Shown here: positions 13,196-26,485 of the stretch, piece after piece
Numbering within the stretch: the stretch's first letter is position 1
How the letters are laid out: every line of letters begins with the position of its first letter
Assembly (NCBI GenBank): GCA_013265495.1
Contig: MU058584.1
Span: 5,918,407 to 5,982,406 of the forward strand
Reading direction: 5' to 3'
Length of the DNA stretch: 64,000 nucleotides
DNA from: Vicugna vicugna
Lineage: Eukaryota
Position numbers and translations under genes: made by a program
Notes under the pieces: generated by a model
The model's input: the letters and a program-made list of their open reading frames with translations, nothing else
What the model was told of the DNA's origin: nothing
Database searches by the model: none

Positions 13196-14469
13196 GTGAG
13201 TATAATTATAAGGCCAAAACACCCACTTTCCACGCAGTTCCTGGGGATATGTTAATCTTAAAAAATGTGAATATCAAAAGGAGAAATAATGTGGTAGCTA
13301 AATTATTTTGGCAGTTTCTTTGCTTTGCATTAATACTGATGCTATTGAGAAAGATACACTAGAAGCAGTGTAATACTGGGGAAATTGTCTCATTTTCAGA
13401 ATTTTATGGAGTTGTACTAATTGTTCTGGGAAAGAAAGACTGGGTTGATTGAGGATAAATTTAGATTGAATGCAAAGTAGAAACTAAGTTTTAAAAAGGT
13501 TGATGACCAGGAGTTCTTACTCTCCCTCCCTCCTACCTGCCCTCCCCCACTCTCTCTATATGACTTAGACAAGCTGACTCTTGGTTTTGTTGTATATCTT
13601 TCAGTCAGGATGATTTGAGAGGGATAAATGTGATAAGGTGATCAGTGCCTCTTGGGGGAAAAAGTAATGTCGTGTAAATGGATACAAAGAGAAAAAATAT
13701 GATTTAGTGACAGCCCATGTTAATCTTTTCAATGCTGATCTTTTTTTACTTTTAAATTCCTAGATGTTTGATATATTACATATAAGATGGTCATGACCTG
13801 TTTGTTGTTTTTGGTCCTGGCCTTTGATAAAGAGCTTATGTGGGTCCATGTGTCTTTTGTTTTTTAGTAGAGTTATTGTGTCATATATTTCTTGTTTACC
13901 TTTTAAGGATGTTGTAGACTAAATCCGGTGAGATGTTTCATAACCAGACAGCTGACATCTACGTCTCCATGGCTAATGGTCTGGAGCACTTAACCCACTT
14001 TCCTAAATCCTTGACACGTCTTGCACAAAACAGAGTGATTTTTATATTACGTGTGTTACATCTCCTTTAAATAAAAGCTCTCCTAGTATATTATGGTGGG
14101 AATGTATAAACTCTTTTGGTGAAGCATCCATCTAATAGAGATATTTACTTTTGTAAATATCTGTACTTTTGTGGTTAGGTCTAAAAAGATTCCATAAATT
14201 GTCTTTGAGTTAGAGGGATTAAAATACAAAGTTATAATCAAAGTGGTAATAAGAAATAGAAATTCCAAAGTATTGTTTTCAAATGTAATGTCAAAATTGT
14301 TTTCTCATTATGAAAGTAATCTAGGTTCATGGAAGAGAAAAACATTAAATATAGAAAACCCCAAATTAAAAATTAAAATTACCTATAATCTTATCCCCCA
14401 GAGAGGGCTGCTGTTAATATTTTGGCATATAAAAGTTACCAGTCTCTCCTCTCTCTGGTCTCTTCCCAG

Positions 14470-14559
14470 ATAAAGTCTTGCCCTGGAGAATGTTACCAGC
14501 TCACCAACCTAGCAATACTGCTGAAGCGTCTCTTCTTCTTCATGGCCCCACCTCATCAG
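14470..14559 (+). CDS. FIRRM: FIRRM coding exon (IKSCPGECYQ...MAPPHQ)
   Basis: tcccag|ATA ... CAG|gtaagg; 90 nt. Confidence 0.93.
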
Positions 14560-14732
14560 GTAAGGATGTCATCTTTGTCACTGTCTTTGAGCAGCTGCTG
14601 AGAATTGAATTCAGACTCTTTTGAAGGCTTTTAACCACCCACCCCCACATTTAAATGTTGACATGATCTGAACATAAATTTTTAATGTATTGATTGCTTT
14701 GCTTATTGCTTTTAGATGGGTTTAGATGTTAT

Positions 14733-15140
14733 TGTTAAAGAAAAACCAGAGCTATTTAGTAGTTAAAGTGGTCAAAACAGATCTTATTCAGGAGCTGTTG
14801 CAGTAGGGGAAAAAGACTGCAGTGTAGAGCTGGGCGCAATTCTGATACAGCATAAACTAGTGGGAATCTGTGGTCAAGGAGCAGGGTGGGGCCAGTGGAT
14901 AAAAATTGCTAAGAAGAAACATCAGGAGTAAGGGGGTGATTCTGGCTTAACAGGTTCACGGTGAACACAGACCAGAGTGATCAGATACTAAGGGTGAGGG
15001 GTTCTTTCTGAATTGACTTAACAGGATTCTTGCTAAAACTGGATAATACAGGCCCACAAAGGATGAACACAAGTCCAAGGTTCAAGGCTGGCTGAGACGA
15101 GGGCCAGACTTAAGTTTGGTCGAGGAGAGAGTCCTTGTCA
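14733..15140 (-). mobile_element. ERV1 solo LTR (MER31-like)
   Basis: The - strand starts tgacaaggactctctcctcgaccaaactt; tg...ca ends; 4-bp flanks ttat/ttgt. Confidence 0.65.
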
Positions 15141-15479
15141 TTGTCTTTGCTGAAAGTTACAGATGACCGTTCTAACTCTGTCTTCTTTCTCATGTTTCTC
15201 ATACATTTAAGGTACTTGAAATGAAGTGGTTCTATATCCCCAGCCCCTTTTAACTTATTTTGAAGAACTAGAATATCACTTATGCCCTTAGTGATACCTT
15301 CTTTAAAACTTTTTTTGTACAGTAAGTAAATTAAACTTGGAGAGGAAAACAGAAAGGATGATGAACCTCGGTAGTTTGCTGTGGTGAGGACAACGAGCTC
15401 TGCCAGGACGGGGGACGTCCTCCGGTTGCAGGGACCTGTGTGGCCTGGCCTAGTCCTTTGGACTGGTCACTCTGAGGTT

Positions 15480-15640
15480 CCTGTAGGAGCTTTTTAAAAA
15501 TACAGTGTCCTGGACCTTAACCTGTGAATGGAGTGAGTTTGGAGTGGTAGCTATGAAACGAGGCTCAGTACTTTGTTTTTATGAGTATTATCAAATTCCT
15601 ACATGATTCTGACATGGACATAAGCTGAGGAACCACTGGA
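15480..15640. mobile_element. MER5-like hAT-Charlie relic
   Basis: gagctttttaaaaatacag...tgattctgac...ctgaggaaccactg. Confidence 0.45.
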
Positions 15641-15649
15641 CGACTGAAT

Positions 15650-15845
15650 GGTGTTACAGGCCTTGGTGTGAGTCCTGGCTGACTGTGACCTTGGGCAGGT
15701 CATACTTTCCAACCTCAATTTCCCTGCCTACAAAGCAGCAGATCTTTGTAGCCATTTTGAAAAAAATTTTAAGGACTTAGAGATAATATATACAAAACAC
15801 ACAGCATGGCGCCGGGCTTAGGTGGGTGCTTAGTAAATGCTGGGA
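15650..15845 (+). mobile_element. MIR SINE
   Basis: ctgtgaccttgggcaggtca...cctcaatttccc...gtgcttagtaaatg. Confidence 0.6.
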
Positions 15846-17581
15846 GTCATTTCTGATGGGAGTATTTACCGCAAGTCCATGCCTGCTCTGCTGCTCGAGA
15901 GAGGTTTGCCAGGCCCCAGAGGAACCACACCAACCTGCCAGCCCTCTTCCTTGCGCTGTCCCCGAGGCAGAGCACCCCAGGCCCGGCTGGCAGCCAGCCC
16001 TCTGCAGAGCGTGTTAGGGTTGCTGTTCTTCCCTCCAGAACTCCTGAGGGCTTGTCTGCTCCACATCTCTTAGAATTTTACCACCTTTTACTCCCCTGTC
16101 AAAAGTCTTGCCCCTGGTTCCTGGCACGTTGTTCTTCCTAGAAGCCCTATTAACTGGGATGCCCTTCCTAAAGAAGTGAGATTTGGAGAAGGAAGGGTCC
16201 TTTTAACCTTAATTTTCTCACTTATAAAATAGGGATAAAATCCTTTCCCCAGGGTTGTGAAATTTTAACTTTTAGGTTAATACAATTCAGAATGAATTAG
16301 CCTAAAGGAACTAGAAGCTTTGTTATAGACAAACTGGTTTATGTTGAGAGGTCTCTTACATTCTCAGTTTTCTGAAGTTTTCCAAATAATTGAGGCTGCC
16401 AGATGTGTACATCACGGATAAGGGAGGGCTTTTAATTTTTGCCTTCAGTTATCAAATACTGACTTTTCCCGCTATGGTCAAGTTACTCTACTAAAACTTA
16501 AAACTAAGGGGCAAACCTGAATTTGAATCCCTGTTCTGAGAGTCCTTGGGAGAGTTCATTAATCCTAAAATTGAAGTACTAATACTTACTCAGATGGCAG
16601 TTGTGAGCCTTGAGGAGATAAAGAAAAAAAAATACACACACACACACACAAATCAAGTAAGCATCTAACCAAAGTTCTTATGGCATGCTCAGTTTATTTT
16701 TCTTTTAAGACATGTTTTACTTAAAAAAAAGAAAGGTATCTGTGATACATAGTAATTCAGGGGGGAAATGCAAGTATATAGGGAGATTAAAATGTATCTA
16801 CTTTTTCAATATTGGAGAGTAATGATGGAATGTCCTGTCATTTCTCTTGGTGTGTAACTGTTCAAAGTATTCCTATTTTATAGAAACAGGGAAAAGTACA
16901 AGGAGGTTGCCTGAGGGGAGGGACCTAATACGCCTGACGTGGGCTCACTGGTGGTTGTGCTGCCACTTCCACGTAAAGACGACTACATTTATGTGCATTT
17001 TAAGCCCACTGGTGTCTGCTTCTCTCTCCTTAATGTTAAGGAGGGAAGTCATAACGATCTGCACATTATCCCCTTATGCTTCACTTCTTGTGAACTGTCA
17101 GGACTAGCAGTTTTAAATCTTGAAAATTGTGCCGTGGCCAAGGTTTTCAAACTCAGAATAGTAAGTCAATCAATCAGCCTTTGTATGTAACAGATTTTGC
17201 CAATACCTACCCTTTTGTGTTATCCAGGGCATTATGAGTTATAGTTCTGTTTTGGCAAGGGATTCACTGGCTCACTGGACTTGGTTAGAAGGAAAGGTCT
17301 TGTTTGAACTGATGTTGATCAGTTGGCACAATTCTCTTGGCTTTCCTAATGCAGTTTGATTTCCTGAATAAAGCTGCTTATTATAATAGACACATAGCTC
17401 ATCAAGGGATCCATTTTTCTGGCTTTATCTGCTGTCCCAAAAGATAGCTACATGATTTCTTCCTTGTTTTGACAGCTAAATATTTTCTGCAAACAAAATA
17501 AAATCCAAATATAAGTGAAATATATAATGTAGAAGAGTTTCTCTGTCAAATTTAATATAGTGGGGGTTTTTGTTTGTTTCC

Positions 17582-17885
17582 TTTTTTTAAATTTAATTTT
17601 ATTGAGTTATAGTCAGTTTATAATGTTGTGTCAATTTCCAGTGTAGAGCACAATTTTTCAGTCATACATGAACATACATATATTCATTGTCACATTCTTT
17701 TTCACCCTGAGCTACCACAAGATCTTGTATATATTTCCCTGTGCTATGCAGTATAATCTTGTTTGTTCTATATATACCTGTCAGTATCTACAAATTTCAT
17801 ACTCACAGTCTGTCCCTTCCCACCCCTCTCCCCACTGGCAACCACAAGTTTGTATTCTATGTCTATGAGTCTGTGTTTGTTTCTG
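17582..17885 (-). mobile_element. Young lineage-specific L1 3' end (5'-truncated)
   Basis: Poly-T head followed by ttttattgagttatagtc...ggcaaccacaagtttgtattctatgtctatgagtctg. Confidence 0.8.
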
Positions 17886-17965
17886 ATACAGGGAAAATTT
17901 TCATTCAACAAGTAGATTTTGGATATTGTAAACTGAATTATTCTACTTTTAAAAATTACATTACT

Positions 17966-18404
17966 AGAATAGATAAACAGATCATACTGTATAGCACAGG
18001 GAAGGGAATATATACAAGATCTTATGGTAGCTCACAGCAAAAAAAAATGTGACAATGAATATATATATGTTCATGTGTAACTGAAAAATTGTGCTCTACA
18101 CTGGAATTTGACACAAATTGTAAAATGACTATAACTCAGTAAAAAAAAGTTAAAAAAAAAAACCCACAATATGGTATCACTACATGCCAATTAGAACGTC
18201 TGAAAATTTTTTTTCAAGACTGCTGGCAAAGATGCTGAGCAGCTGAAACTCTCACACATTGCTGGTGGGAAGGCAAAGAGATAATATGGAAAACAACTTG
18301 GCAACTTCTTATGAAGTAAAATACACCTTTACCATCCATACAACCCAGAAATAAACTCTTGGGTATTCACTCAAGAGAAATAGACTTATTGCCAGATTAA
18401 AAAA
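17966..18404 (+). mobile_element. Young L1 3' end with 3'-transduced sequence
   Basis: Perfect 15-bp TSD aaaaattacattact at 17951-17965 and 18405-18419; TTTT/AA target site; two A-tails. Confidence 0.85.
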
Positions 18405-19167
18405 AAAAATTACATTACTGTACTTCCTAGTGGATTATACCTAAATTAGTAACTAAGTGCACCACTGTTTTTGCTGTTTTTCACCAGAAACTAATTTCAC
18501 ATTTTAACTGATTTTTTAGAACTTTTGTTTTCCATTTTTGTCTTATCTGTTGGAGCCTTTTTTTTTTTTAAACAGTACTGTTTTTCTGTTAACCTGGAGG
18601 CACTTTGAATTATTTCAGTGATAGAATGGATTTGCTAACTGTACTGTTCTGAACATTTGTGAATGAGTTTTATATGTTGTCTAAAAGCAGAGCTGGCTGG
18701 GCCAGTGGAAAACTGAACCTGTGACCTTTGCTTCTTTAAGTTCTTAACCATAGTCAGCTGGGTAGTAAGCCACAAAGGTTGGCTGAATGAGTCTTGGCAT
18801 ATTTTGAAATACTACTTTTGACTTAACAAGGTGGTGAGTACACAAATTCTTAGGAAAATAATAGGCTTCTTGGGTAGGACCACGTGAAATAGCTGACATC
18901 ACTAATAGTGAAGTACATTATTTAACATTTCTTAATGCATTTGTATCATGCTCCATTCACCTGTTTTTCATTTTGGAGATCAGTGCAACAGCAACAAAAA
19001 TAATAGTGCGTGTTTGTTTAAGCTACCTTGGTCTGGTACCTTGTGATACTGCGGTTCCGTTAAAAACTTTTTCAAAATACTGAACATAGAAGCTAATACT
19101 TACCTTTGGTGTATCCATTCATTAGACTGTCTTACGTTGCTCTTGTTTCTGTAACAATTCATTTCAG

Positions 19168-19353
19168 GTGGAGTTTATCCAGAAATTTTCCCCGAAAGAA
19201 CCAGGAAATCTGCTTCTGTGGCAGTACATTTCCTTTCAGGCATTACCTGCTGATCTTAGGCAACAGACCGCCCGCGAGGTCAGCAGGGTGTGCACCGCGC
19301 AGTGCAGGGAGTGGCTAGGCAGCAGTCGCACGGTGGGGGAGCTGGAGTCTCTG
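19168..19353 (+). CDS. FIRRM: FIRRM coding exon (VEFIQKFSPK...GELESL)
   Basis: tttcag|GTG ... CTG|gtaaga; 186 nt. Confidence 0.93.
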
Positions 19354-19844
19354 GTAAGAAAACTTTGATGGCTTTGATTCATTCAGCAGCTGTTTATTAA
19401 GCACTGTTTAAGTTTCTGGGGCTGTGTTGTTAAACAGACAGACACAGTCGTACCCTTAGGTTAGAATCTAGCAAGAGTTTCAGATCTCTACATTGTAAGA
19501 GTCTATGAGAAACATAGTATTATTATCTTGATTGACGTAAATTATATTTGGGGGAGGGTGTCTGTAACCCAAGACACGTTGGAACATCATGAAACACACG
19601 AAATACTTTATTGGTAGTATTTTTGCTGACATATCTCCGGGTTAGGCAGAAACGATTCTTCTATTTACTGTACAGCCTTTATTTTATGCAAACCTGTTCT
19701 GAGCCTTTATGTACCTTTCTGTTTAGAATGTTCCTTACTAAAATAAGATGAATTTCTTTTTTATTCCATATCAGTTAAAAAAAAGTTTTTAAAAACTGAC
19801 TGAATATAGTACACGTAGTTGAGTATTTATTTGCTCATTCTTTT

Positions 19845-19985
19845 ATCCATTCATTCATTCAGCATAATTTGAGTGCTCGAATGTGCCAAGTTCTGTCTGA
19901 GGCATCGGGGATATATCAGGGAACTAAACAAACAAAAATTCCTATTCTCATGGACTTACATTCTAGCTTAGCTGTGGACAGAGAA
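19845..19985 (-). mobile_element. LINE-2 3' end
   Basis: cattcattcattcagcataatttgagtgctcgaatgtgccaag. Confidence 0.6.
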
Positions 19986-19987
19986 GT

Positions 19988-20039
19988 TATATATATATAT
20001 ATACACACATACACACATATATATATATGTATATACATA
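19988..20039. repeat. (TA)n/(CA)n microsatellite
   Basis: tatatatatatatatacacacatacacacatatatatatatgtatatacata. Confidence 0.85.
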
Positions 20040-21157
20040 TCAGTGTGTTGTAAGTAGGAAAAAATCAAGTGAGGATGGGGACAGGGCATTCAAGGGGCTA
20101 GGGCCTATTTGCAATTTTAAAGTTCAGAGTTTTCTCAGGGCTTCTGTTTCTATACTGAGTATAAATGTTCTGATACTCTTACATAATGGACCTTGACCTT
20201 AATCATCAGGATAATTTAAAACATTTACATATATTCAAAAAGAAATTTTTAATGTGTATTTTGGAAAAGCTGTTAAATGCCTAGGTAGGAGTAGGTGAGA
20301 TTGTTCAGATTTTGCCTTATTGTGCACGAATTTCTATAGTAAAGACAAAGTCTTTTGTATCAGATAAAAGCACCTATTTTCTAAAATTTAATAAATCTTC
20401 ACTCTGTAACCAAGACTTCAGTTCAGCAGGTCATTTAACCTGTTTATTTGTAAAAGAAAATAGGTAAATCATAAATTAAAAGCAGTATGGTAATTACATA
20501 AATTTAAATGTGTTTGTTGAAGTATAACAGATTAAAGACAAAGTTACTGATCATTACATTCTCATGTGGCCTCCCTTTACTCGAACCACACCCCAGCCAA
20601 CCCCATTCCTGGCCAGAGACATGATACAGAGAGTGAATCCAAGAAAGATTGTTTTTAGTTTCAAACTGTAGATAGTGTACTTCTTAAATAAAATATTTGC
20701 TTATTGAATGCAGAGTTGCTGAGAAATTTTAAAGATTAATTATAAAACAATAGCAATAATAACGTAACTTTAGAAGATTGCTAAGCATAATGTAAAAAAA
20801 AAAGTTTTAGTTGATGAATATTATAAAATTAGCCTGACCATACTGACCATTTGCTACAAGCCTATTTATTAAAACATGATGCTGTTTCCATTTCATTAAA
20901 TTTTCAGACTTTTAAAAGGGAAAATGAATGTTTATTTAGAAAAATGAAGCTAATGTTTCTGTGTATAAGGAAAACTGGTTTTAGCCAAATACACATGTAC
21001 TAAGGAAATAGCTGAAAAGATGGCTTTGGGTCTTAGAAATATAATTCTGTATGGGTTTTATGAAGAGTTATGAGTAACTCTTAACCTCCAGGTAATTGGC
21101 TCCAGCATCTGTAGACTGGTATCCGAACTCTGTCCTTTCCCTGTCTCTCCCCCTTAG

Positions 21158-21280
21158 AACACGGTGCTGTCTGCTTTGCTTACTGTGTGTAATTCTGCTG
21201 GGGAAGCTTTGGATATTGGACAACAAACTGCAGTTACGGAAGTCGGGAGTCAGCTTTGGGCTCTTTTAAACGTTAAACTG
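21158..21280 (+). CDS. FIRRM: FIRRM coding exon (NTVLSALLTV...LNVKL)
   Basis: ccttag|AAC ... CTG|gtaagg; 123 nt. Confidence 0.92.
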
Positions 21281-22109
21281 GTAAGGAAAGCAACAGATCG
21301 TTTCCCTGAAGAAGAAATAAAATATTGAAAAAAGAATAAGTACTGAAGTGTCCCTGTCGAATAAAAAGTATGTGATTTCTTTAGGTGCTGGTCATACTTG
21401 TGATTAGAACTTAAAATACCTATTTGTGCTCTTTCAGCCAGTTCTTCTTAAGAGTGTGGTAGAATTAGATTAGTAAAACTAGATCCTGGTAAAGCAGCTG
21501 TGACAGTCCAGCTAACTATTATCAAGACCGGTTGGACCCCATTTTCCCGTTTTCTTCTCTCTTTGGTTAGTGTAGCCTGTTTCTGTCGATTCCATGGTCC
21601 TTTATAACATGTTTTGGGCAGTGGAGAGTGATCTGGGGCAACTGAAAGGGTGAGGCTAATTTGTATTCGTTTCCCCAGCAAAGCCAAAGAGCCACGTGAT
21701 GATCAGTGTAGAGGTAGAATGTGGTCCACAGATTATTGTGATTTAAAAATCATATTTAGTTAATATCGAAATATGACATTTAAATAGAAATAAACGTGTG
21801 ACACCTGGTTGTCCCAGCCAATGGAAGCTGAAGGCAACATTCACACTTTTGAGAAATCATAGAAATGTCTTTGCAGGTGAAGTTTTATCATTAAAGTTTA
21901 TGTATGGTCGGATTTCCCTACTGCAGCATTTTGACGTCAACAAGTACTTTCCCCTGACCTCATAAGTCATTCAGTAAATGATCACTGAGGGCCTGTCTGC
22001 TGGTGATATAGAGCTTACAATATCATGATAGAAACAACAGTTATGGAGAGGAGAAATGGAAATTTAAGAAGACTAAGGAATATGCAGGCTTTTCAGTAGC
22101 AGACAGAAG

Positions 22110-22325
22110 TAATTAGATCTCCATCCAAGTTAAATCCGGATTTGAATCGTGGCTTTGCTTTTTCTTAGCCGTGTGATCTAGAGTAAATCATTTAACTTCT
22201 TGGCCCTTTTTTCTTATTTGTAAAGTGAGGGAAGTAATATCTACCTCATAGAATTAGAAGAAATGAGGTAATAAATATAAAGTGCTTAGTATATTGCCTG
22301 GTATAAATATAATAAATGCTATTCT
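22110..22325 (+). mobile_element. MIR SINE
   Basis: tttgaatcgtggctttgc...gtgtgatctagagtaaatcatttaacttc...aaagtgcttag. Confidence 0.6.
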
Positions 22326-22374
22326 CATATAATTGAACATTATTACCAAAATTATTTTGTGCTTTTTATTTAAG

Positions 22375-22470
22375 GGAACAGGTCAACCTTACGTTCAACA
22401 GACACTCAGCCTTTTACTTCCACTATTGGGATTTTTCATTCAAACTCTAGATCTTCAGCTGATAAGTCAG
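22375..22470 (+). CDS. FIRRM: FIRRM coding exon (GTGQPYVQQT...QLISQ)
   Basis: tttaag|GGA ... CAG|gtaaga; 96 nt. Confidence 0.9.
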
Positions 22471-23587
22471 GTAAGAAATAGCAAGTTGGTACTTTGCTGA
22501 GGAAGTTGTTAAACTAGTATCACTTAAAATAACTTTCTGGGAAGTCCTTTCTAATGATTTGTTGCTCAGTTTGCTTGTTACCCTTTCTTGTTGAGCTGAA
22601 CATATAAATGTGACAGATGTGCTTGTCCAAGGATATCTCATTTCTTCTGTCTTTCTCCTAGTAGGGTTTTGTTAGTATACTGGGCTGGTAATTCAGCCTT
22701 TATCTGTTTCTTCTCTGTCTCCTGATACTAAATAGTCAAAGCTTTTTCATTGTTGCTATTAACACTCAAGAAAAATCCCCGAGGTTAGGAGTCCTAGTAC
22801 ACATGTGAGCCTTACAGTGGTAGCATTTTCAGAGGCATGTCAGTAGCTGTGGAAGTGTGGTATAAAACCAGTGTGGGCTTAAGGACAATCCTCATTGTTT
22901 CTTTGAAGAAGTAAGATGACTGAAGAGCACTGCTGAGTTTTCTCTCTGGCCTCGGTGTGTGGCAGGGCCGGGCAGAACCGGCCACTGGGGGATCCCTGTG
23001 GTGTTGCCTCAGGTGTGCCCCGCTTTCGGAGGCTCTAAGCGATTGAGAGAGAGGGAAGAGGGGAAAGACCTTCATCTTACCTGAAGTGGTTTGAGGCCTT
23101 GGAATGAGTCCATACTGAACAGACTGGATCCCCCAATTCAGGAGTTGGCTTTAGCTTCCGGTCACACAGGAAACAGACTGTCATGAGGTAAAGCTAACCC
23201 CTCCCAGGGAGCAAGGGCATGGAAGACGTAGTGCCCTGTCACAGCATGTCGACAGTGAAGTGAGCGATGCTTCGCTTTTAGTAGGTCTGATGAGTGGTTG
23301 TGTACATCAGGAATTTAGCATCAATCAGTATTTACTAATTAGGCATATTTTAAATTATACGTGTGTCATGGATTACTAAAGAGAATGAGAATACAGTAAA
23401 ATAATTGACTCAAATTAACGTTGATCCTGAAGATTCTAATATTCTTTTCTGAAAAATTAAATACTGATAGTTTTGATGTAATTGTGCCTACCTTTAAAAA
23501 AAAAACCAAATAACTAACATTCTAAAATTTCAACATAAGTAAATTGTTCATTTAGACATTGCTTCCTTTGTAGCAAACTATCTCAGC

Positions 23588-23737
23588 AGGGAGGGTATAG
23601 CTCAGTGGTAGCGTGCGTTCTTAGCATGCATGAGGTCCTGGGTTCAATCCCCAGTACTTTCACTAAATAAATAAATAAACCTAATTACCCCCACCCAGAA
23701 AAAGAAAGTTAATCAAATAATGTGGGGGGGGAAAAAG
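23588..23737 (+). mobile_element. tRNA-derived SINE (camelid vic-1-like family)
   Basis: gggagggtatagctcagtggtag (A box) ... gggttcaatccc (B box), (aaat)n aaacctaattaccccc tail. Confidence 0.85.
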
Positions 23738-23760
23738 ACAATCTTAGTGTTCTTTTAAAC

Positions 23761-23954
23761 TAGAGGTTGGTAACACTGTGGCCTCCTGGCTAGATGCTGC
23801 TTTCCTGCTTTCAGCACAAGAGCAAAGGATGATTTTTACTTTTCAAAGGTTAAGGGAAAAAAAACGAATTTGCAACAAGGAACATGGGAACATGTTGCCT
23901 GCAAAGCCTAAAATATTTACCATCTGGCGCTTTGTAGAAAAGGCCAACCCATGC
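23761..23954. mobile_element. MER58-like hAT-Charlie element
   Basis: gcctgcaaagcctaaaatatttaccatctggcgctttgtagaaaaggccaaccc terminus. Confidence 0.6.
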
Positions 23955-24282
23955 TTTAAGTAATGAACTTTTTTCTCTAGAATTTAAAATATAAAATAAT
24001 GTTTAAAGACTTGAAAGAAGAGTACTGGTACATAGTTTTTCAGGAACATGTGGATTTCTTTTTTTTTTTTTTTTAATACAGTGGTTGGCAGGACAAATGC
24101 TGTAAAAATGGACTCACTTTATTTTATTCAGATTCTACCTGTGAAGTTTAGGCTCTGTGGAGTGTTCAGCTGTTCTGGGTTTGGTTTGATTTCCCCTTCC
24201 ATGTATCCGTCAAGTCTCAGGCATGTCTCTACAGAACATTTGTTTTCATTTATAACTGTTCTTTGGTCTTTGCCCCCTTTAG

Positions 24283-24396
24283 GTGGTCACTTTGCAGAAC
24301 TCACTACTTAAACTAGAGCCTCCCGACCACGTGCGTTTGGCAGTGCTTGATTTTGTATCCTCTGTAGGAAAACTTTTTATACCTCAGGCTATGCAG
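24283..24396 (+). CDS. FIRRM: FIRRM coding exon (VVTLQNSLLK...IPQAMQ)
   Basis: ctttag|GTG ... CAG|gtaata; 114 nt. Confidence 0.93.
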
Positions 24397-25982
24397 GTAA
24401 TACCCTCTTAATGTTGTTCCCATGCTAACAAAATCTCCTAAGAATTACTAAGAGATTTTTAGGCTTTAGTTTCTGGAATTCTGTGGATTTTTGACAATGA
24501 AAATTGAGGGGGGAATATAAAATGTATTTTGTGAAGAGAGGGTGACTGTCAAAATAGAACTCGTTTTCTTTCAGAAAAATGTATGTTGACATACAAGTAA
24601 TTCATAGCGTTTGCTGCAGTGTGAGAGTCGTTCCACGTGGGCTCTAGCACACAGAGTTCCCGAGGAAGGAAGTCATATTCATGTCTTCTAGGGAGCAGCG
24701 TACAGTGAGGAAATAGGGTAATTTATCAAAATTATTCTCTTGGTTTTATATCCATCAGAGTGAACCTGTTTGTTTTTTAAGACAATATTTTTAAAAATGT
24801 TGCAAAGTATACATAGTCAACAAATGGATATTTATTTATAAAAAGAACCCTGCTAATACACTTCTGCTGAATTTTAAGACATACTTCACAGCAAAAGGAA
24901 GTCCTCCTCCTAAATTGCGTTTTGCCTTATTACTGTGGTTAAAACAATTCTAGACAGTTGACTCTGCCCCACCTCCACGGGAGATACTGTAGAGTTCACT
25001 GATGAGAACTTTTTATGTAACTGCAACAAAAACATGATGGATGGACATTATCTCAGTACATGCTGATTAAAATCTTTGAAACCAAAAATTTAACCAGTTA
25101 GTTTCTAAAGGGTTTTCTTACTTACCAGGAAATAATACCATACTGTATGTTTTCATCATGTACGTTTGTTTCATGAGACACTGTAGACTTGATAGCTTCT
25201 TTTCAATTCTCTGGACAAAAGTACTCAGATACTTGCATTTGAGCTATCTTCATTTTAGCATAAAATAAATGTATTCCTAATGTTGCTTCATTAGTGCACA
25301 GCCACGGACCCTGATGGGCCCGGAACTCAGGGAACAAATGTTTTATTAGCAGGAATTACCTTACATATTCCCAGGAATGAAGTTAAGGTCTGAAGAAATG
25401 TAAGAGGCACTTTAAAGCCATGAGACGGGTTGACTTAGTAAATTGAGTTCTTGCTGTGTGTCCGGCACTGCTTTAACCACTGGGGCTCGGTAATGAACTA
25501 AGCTCACGCCCGCCCTCAGCCTGCCGGGAGCTGCAGACAGTCAAGCGCTGACACGGGTCGCACGTGAAATGGTGGTGAGCGCTACGGAGAGAAGCGAAGC
25601 AGGCAAGGGGAGAAAGAATGTGTATGTGCGGGTAGAGTCTTAAGTTGGACTCGGTCAGTGGAGTCCTCAGGTTGTCCTCACATGTCACCTTGCTGAAGCT
25701 GAGGGGCAGGCGGCTCCCGAGCAGGGGAGAGTGAGTGAGGGTCCTGTGGGGAGCGCCTGGCACACCGAGCGCAGCCAACGCAGAGCTCGTGGGGCTTGGC
25801 AGGCACGCTCTGAGGGAGTGGGAAGCTGCCTTCAGAAGGACCTGAACAAAGGAGTGACGTGACCAGACAGGTTTTATGACGTGTTCACTGGGACAGAATT
25901 ATGGACACTTGACAATGTCACAATAATGAATGTACTCTGCTTTAGTTTTCTTCTACTTATTAAGGTTTGGTTCTCTTTTTAG

Positions 25983-26087
25983 GACAAAATTCTGCCCAAC
26001 CTGTCTTCTATTTTTGCCTCACTGCTGGCTGACAGGAACTGGTTACTAGAACAACATACCTTGGAGGCATTCACTCAGTTTGCAGAG
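25983..26087 (+). CDS. FIRRM: FIRRM coding exon (DKILPNLSSI...FTQFAE)
   Basis: ttttag|GAC ... GAG|gtaatt; 105 nt. Confidence 0.93.
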
Positions 26088-26485
26088 GTAATTAGAAGGC
26101 CGATCAATCAGTGACCTCTAAAATATTTTAGCATTTCAAATTTTCCAAAACAAACTATTTTTGTATCTTAGTCAGAGTTTTGTGCTGGAGGAGATATTAC
26201 TAGTCGTCTGGTAATTGCTCCTTCCTCTTACCCACTGTCATGCAAGCCATGCCTTTGGTCCTAAGGGAGCCCCGAGACGCCAGGATGACTGGGCGGACGT
26301 AGTTCACCCCTGCACTTGTGCAGGGTGTCGTGCTCTGAAAGGCCCTGAAAGAACTATGAGCTTACAGTCTGAGGATCCTCTGGCGCTGATTATTTTAACT
26401 AAGGTCATTCTTCAAGCCCATGTACTTGTTTTTGCAAGCTGTTGAAATATATTAACAGTGGTTTTGTTTATCAATCTTCTAATAG

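Noticed and set aside
23588..23660. tRNA-like sequences (also at 34949, 46540 and 61208)
   Set aside because: Heads of SINEs with tails and/or TSDs and degenerate stems, not tRNA genes.
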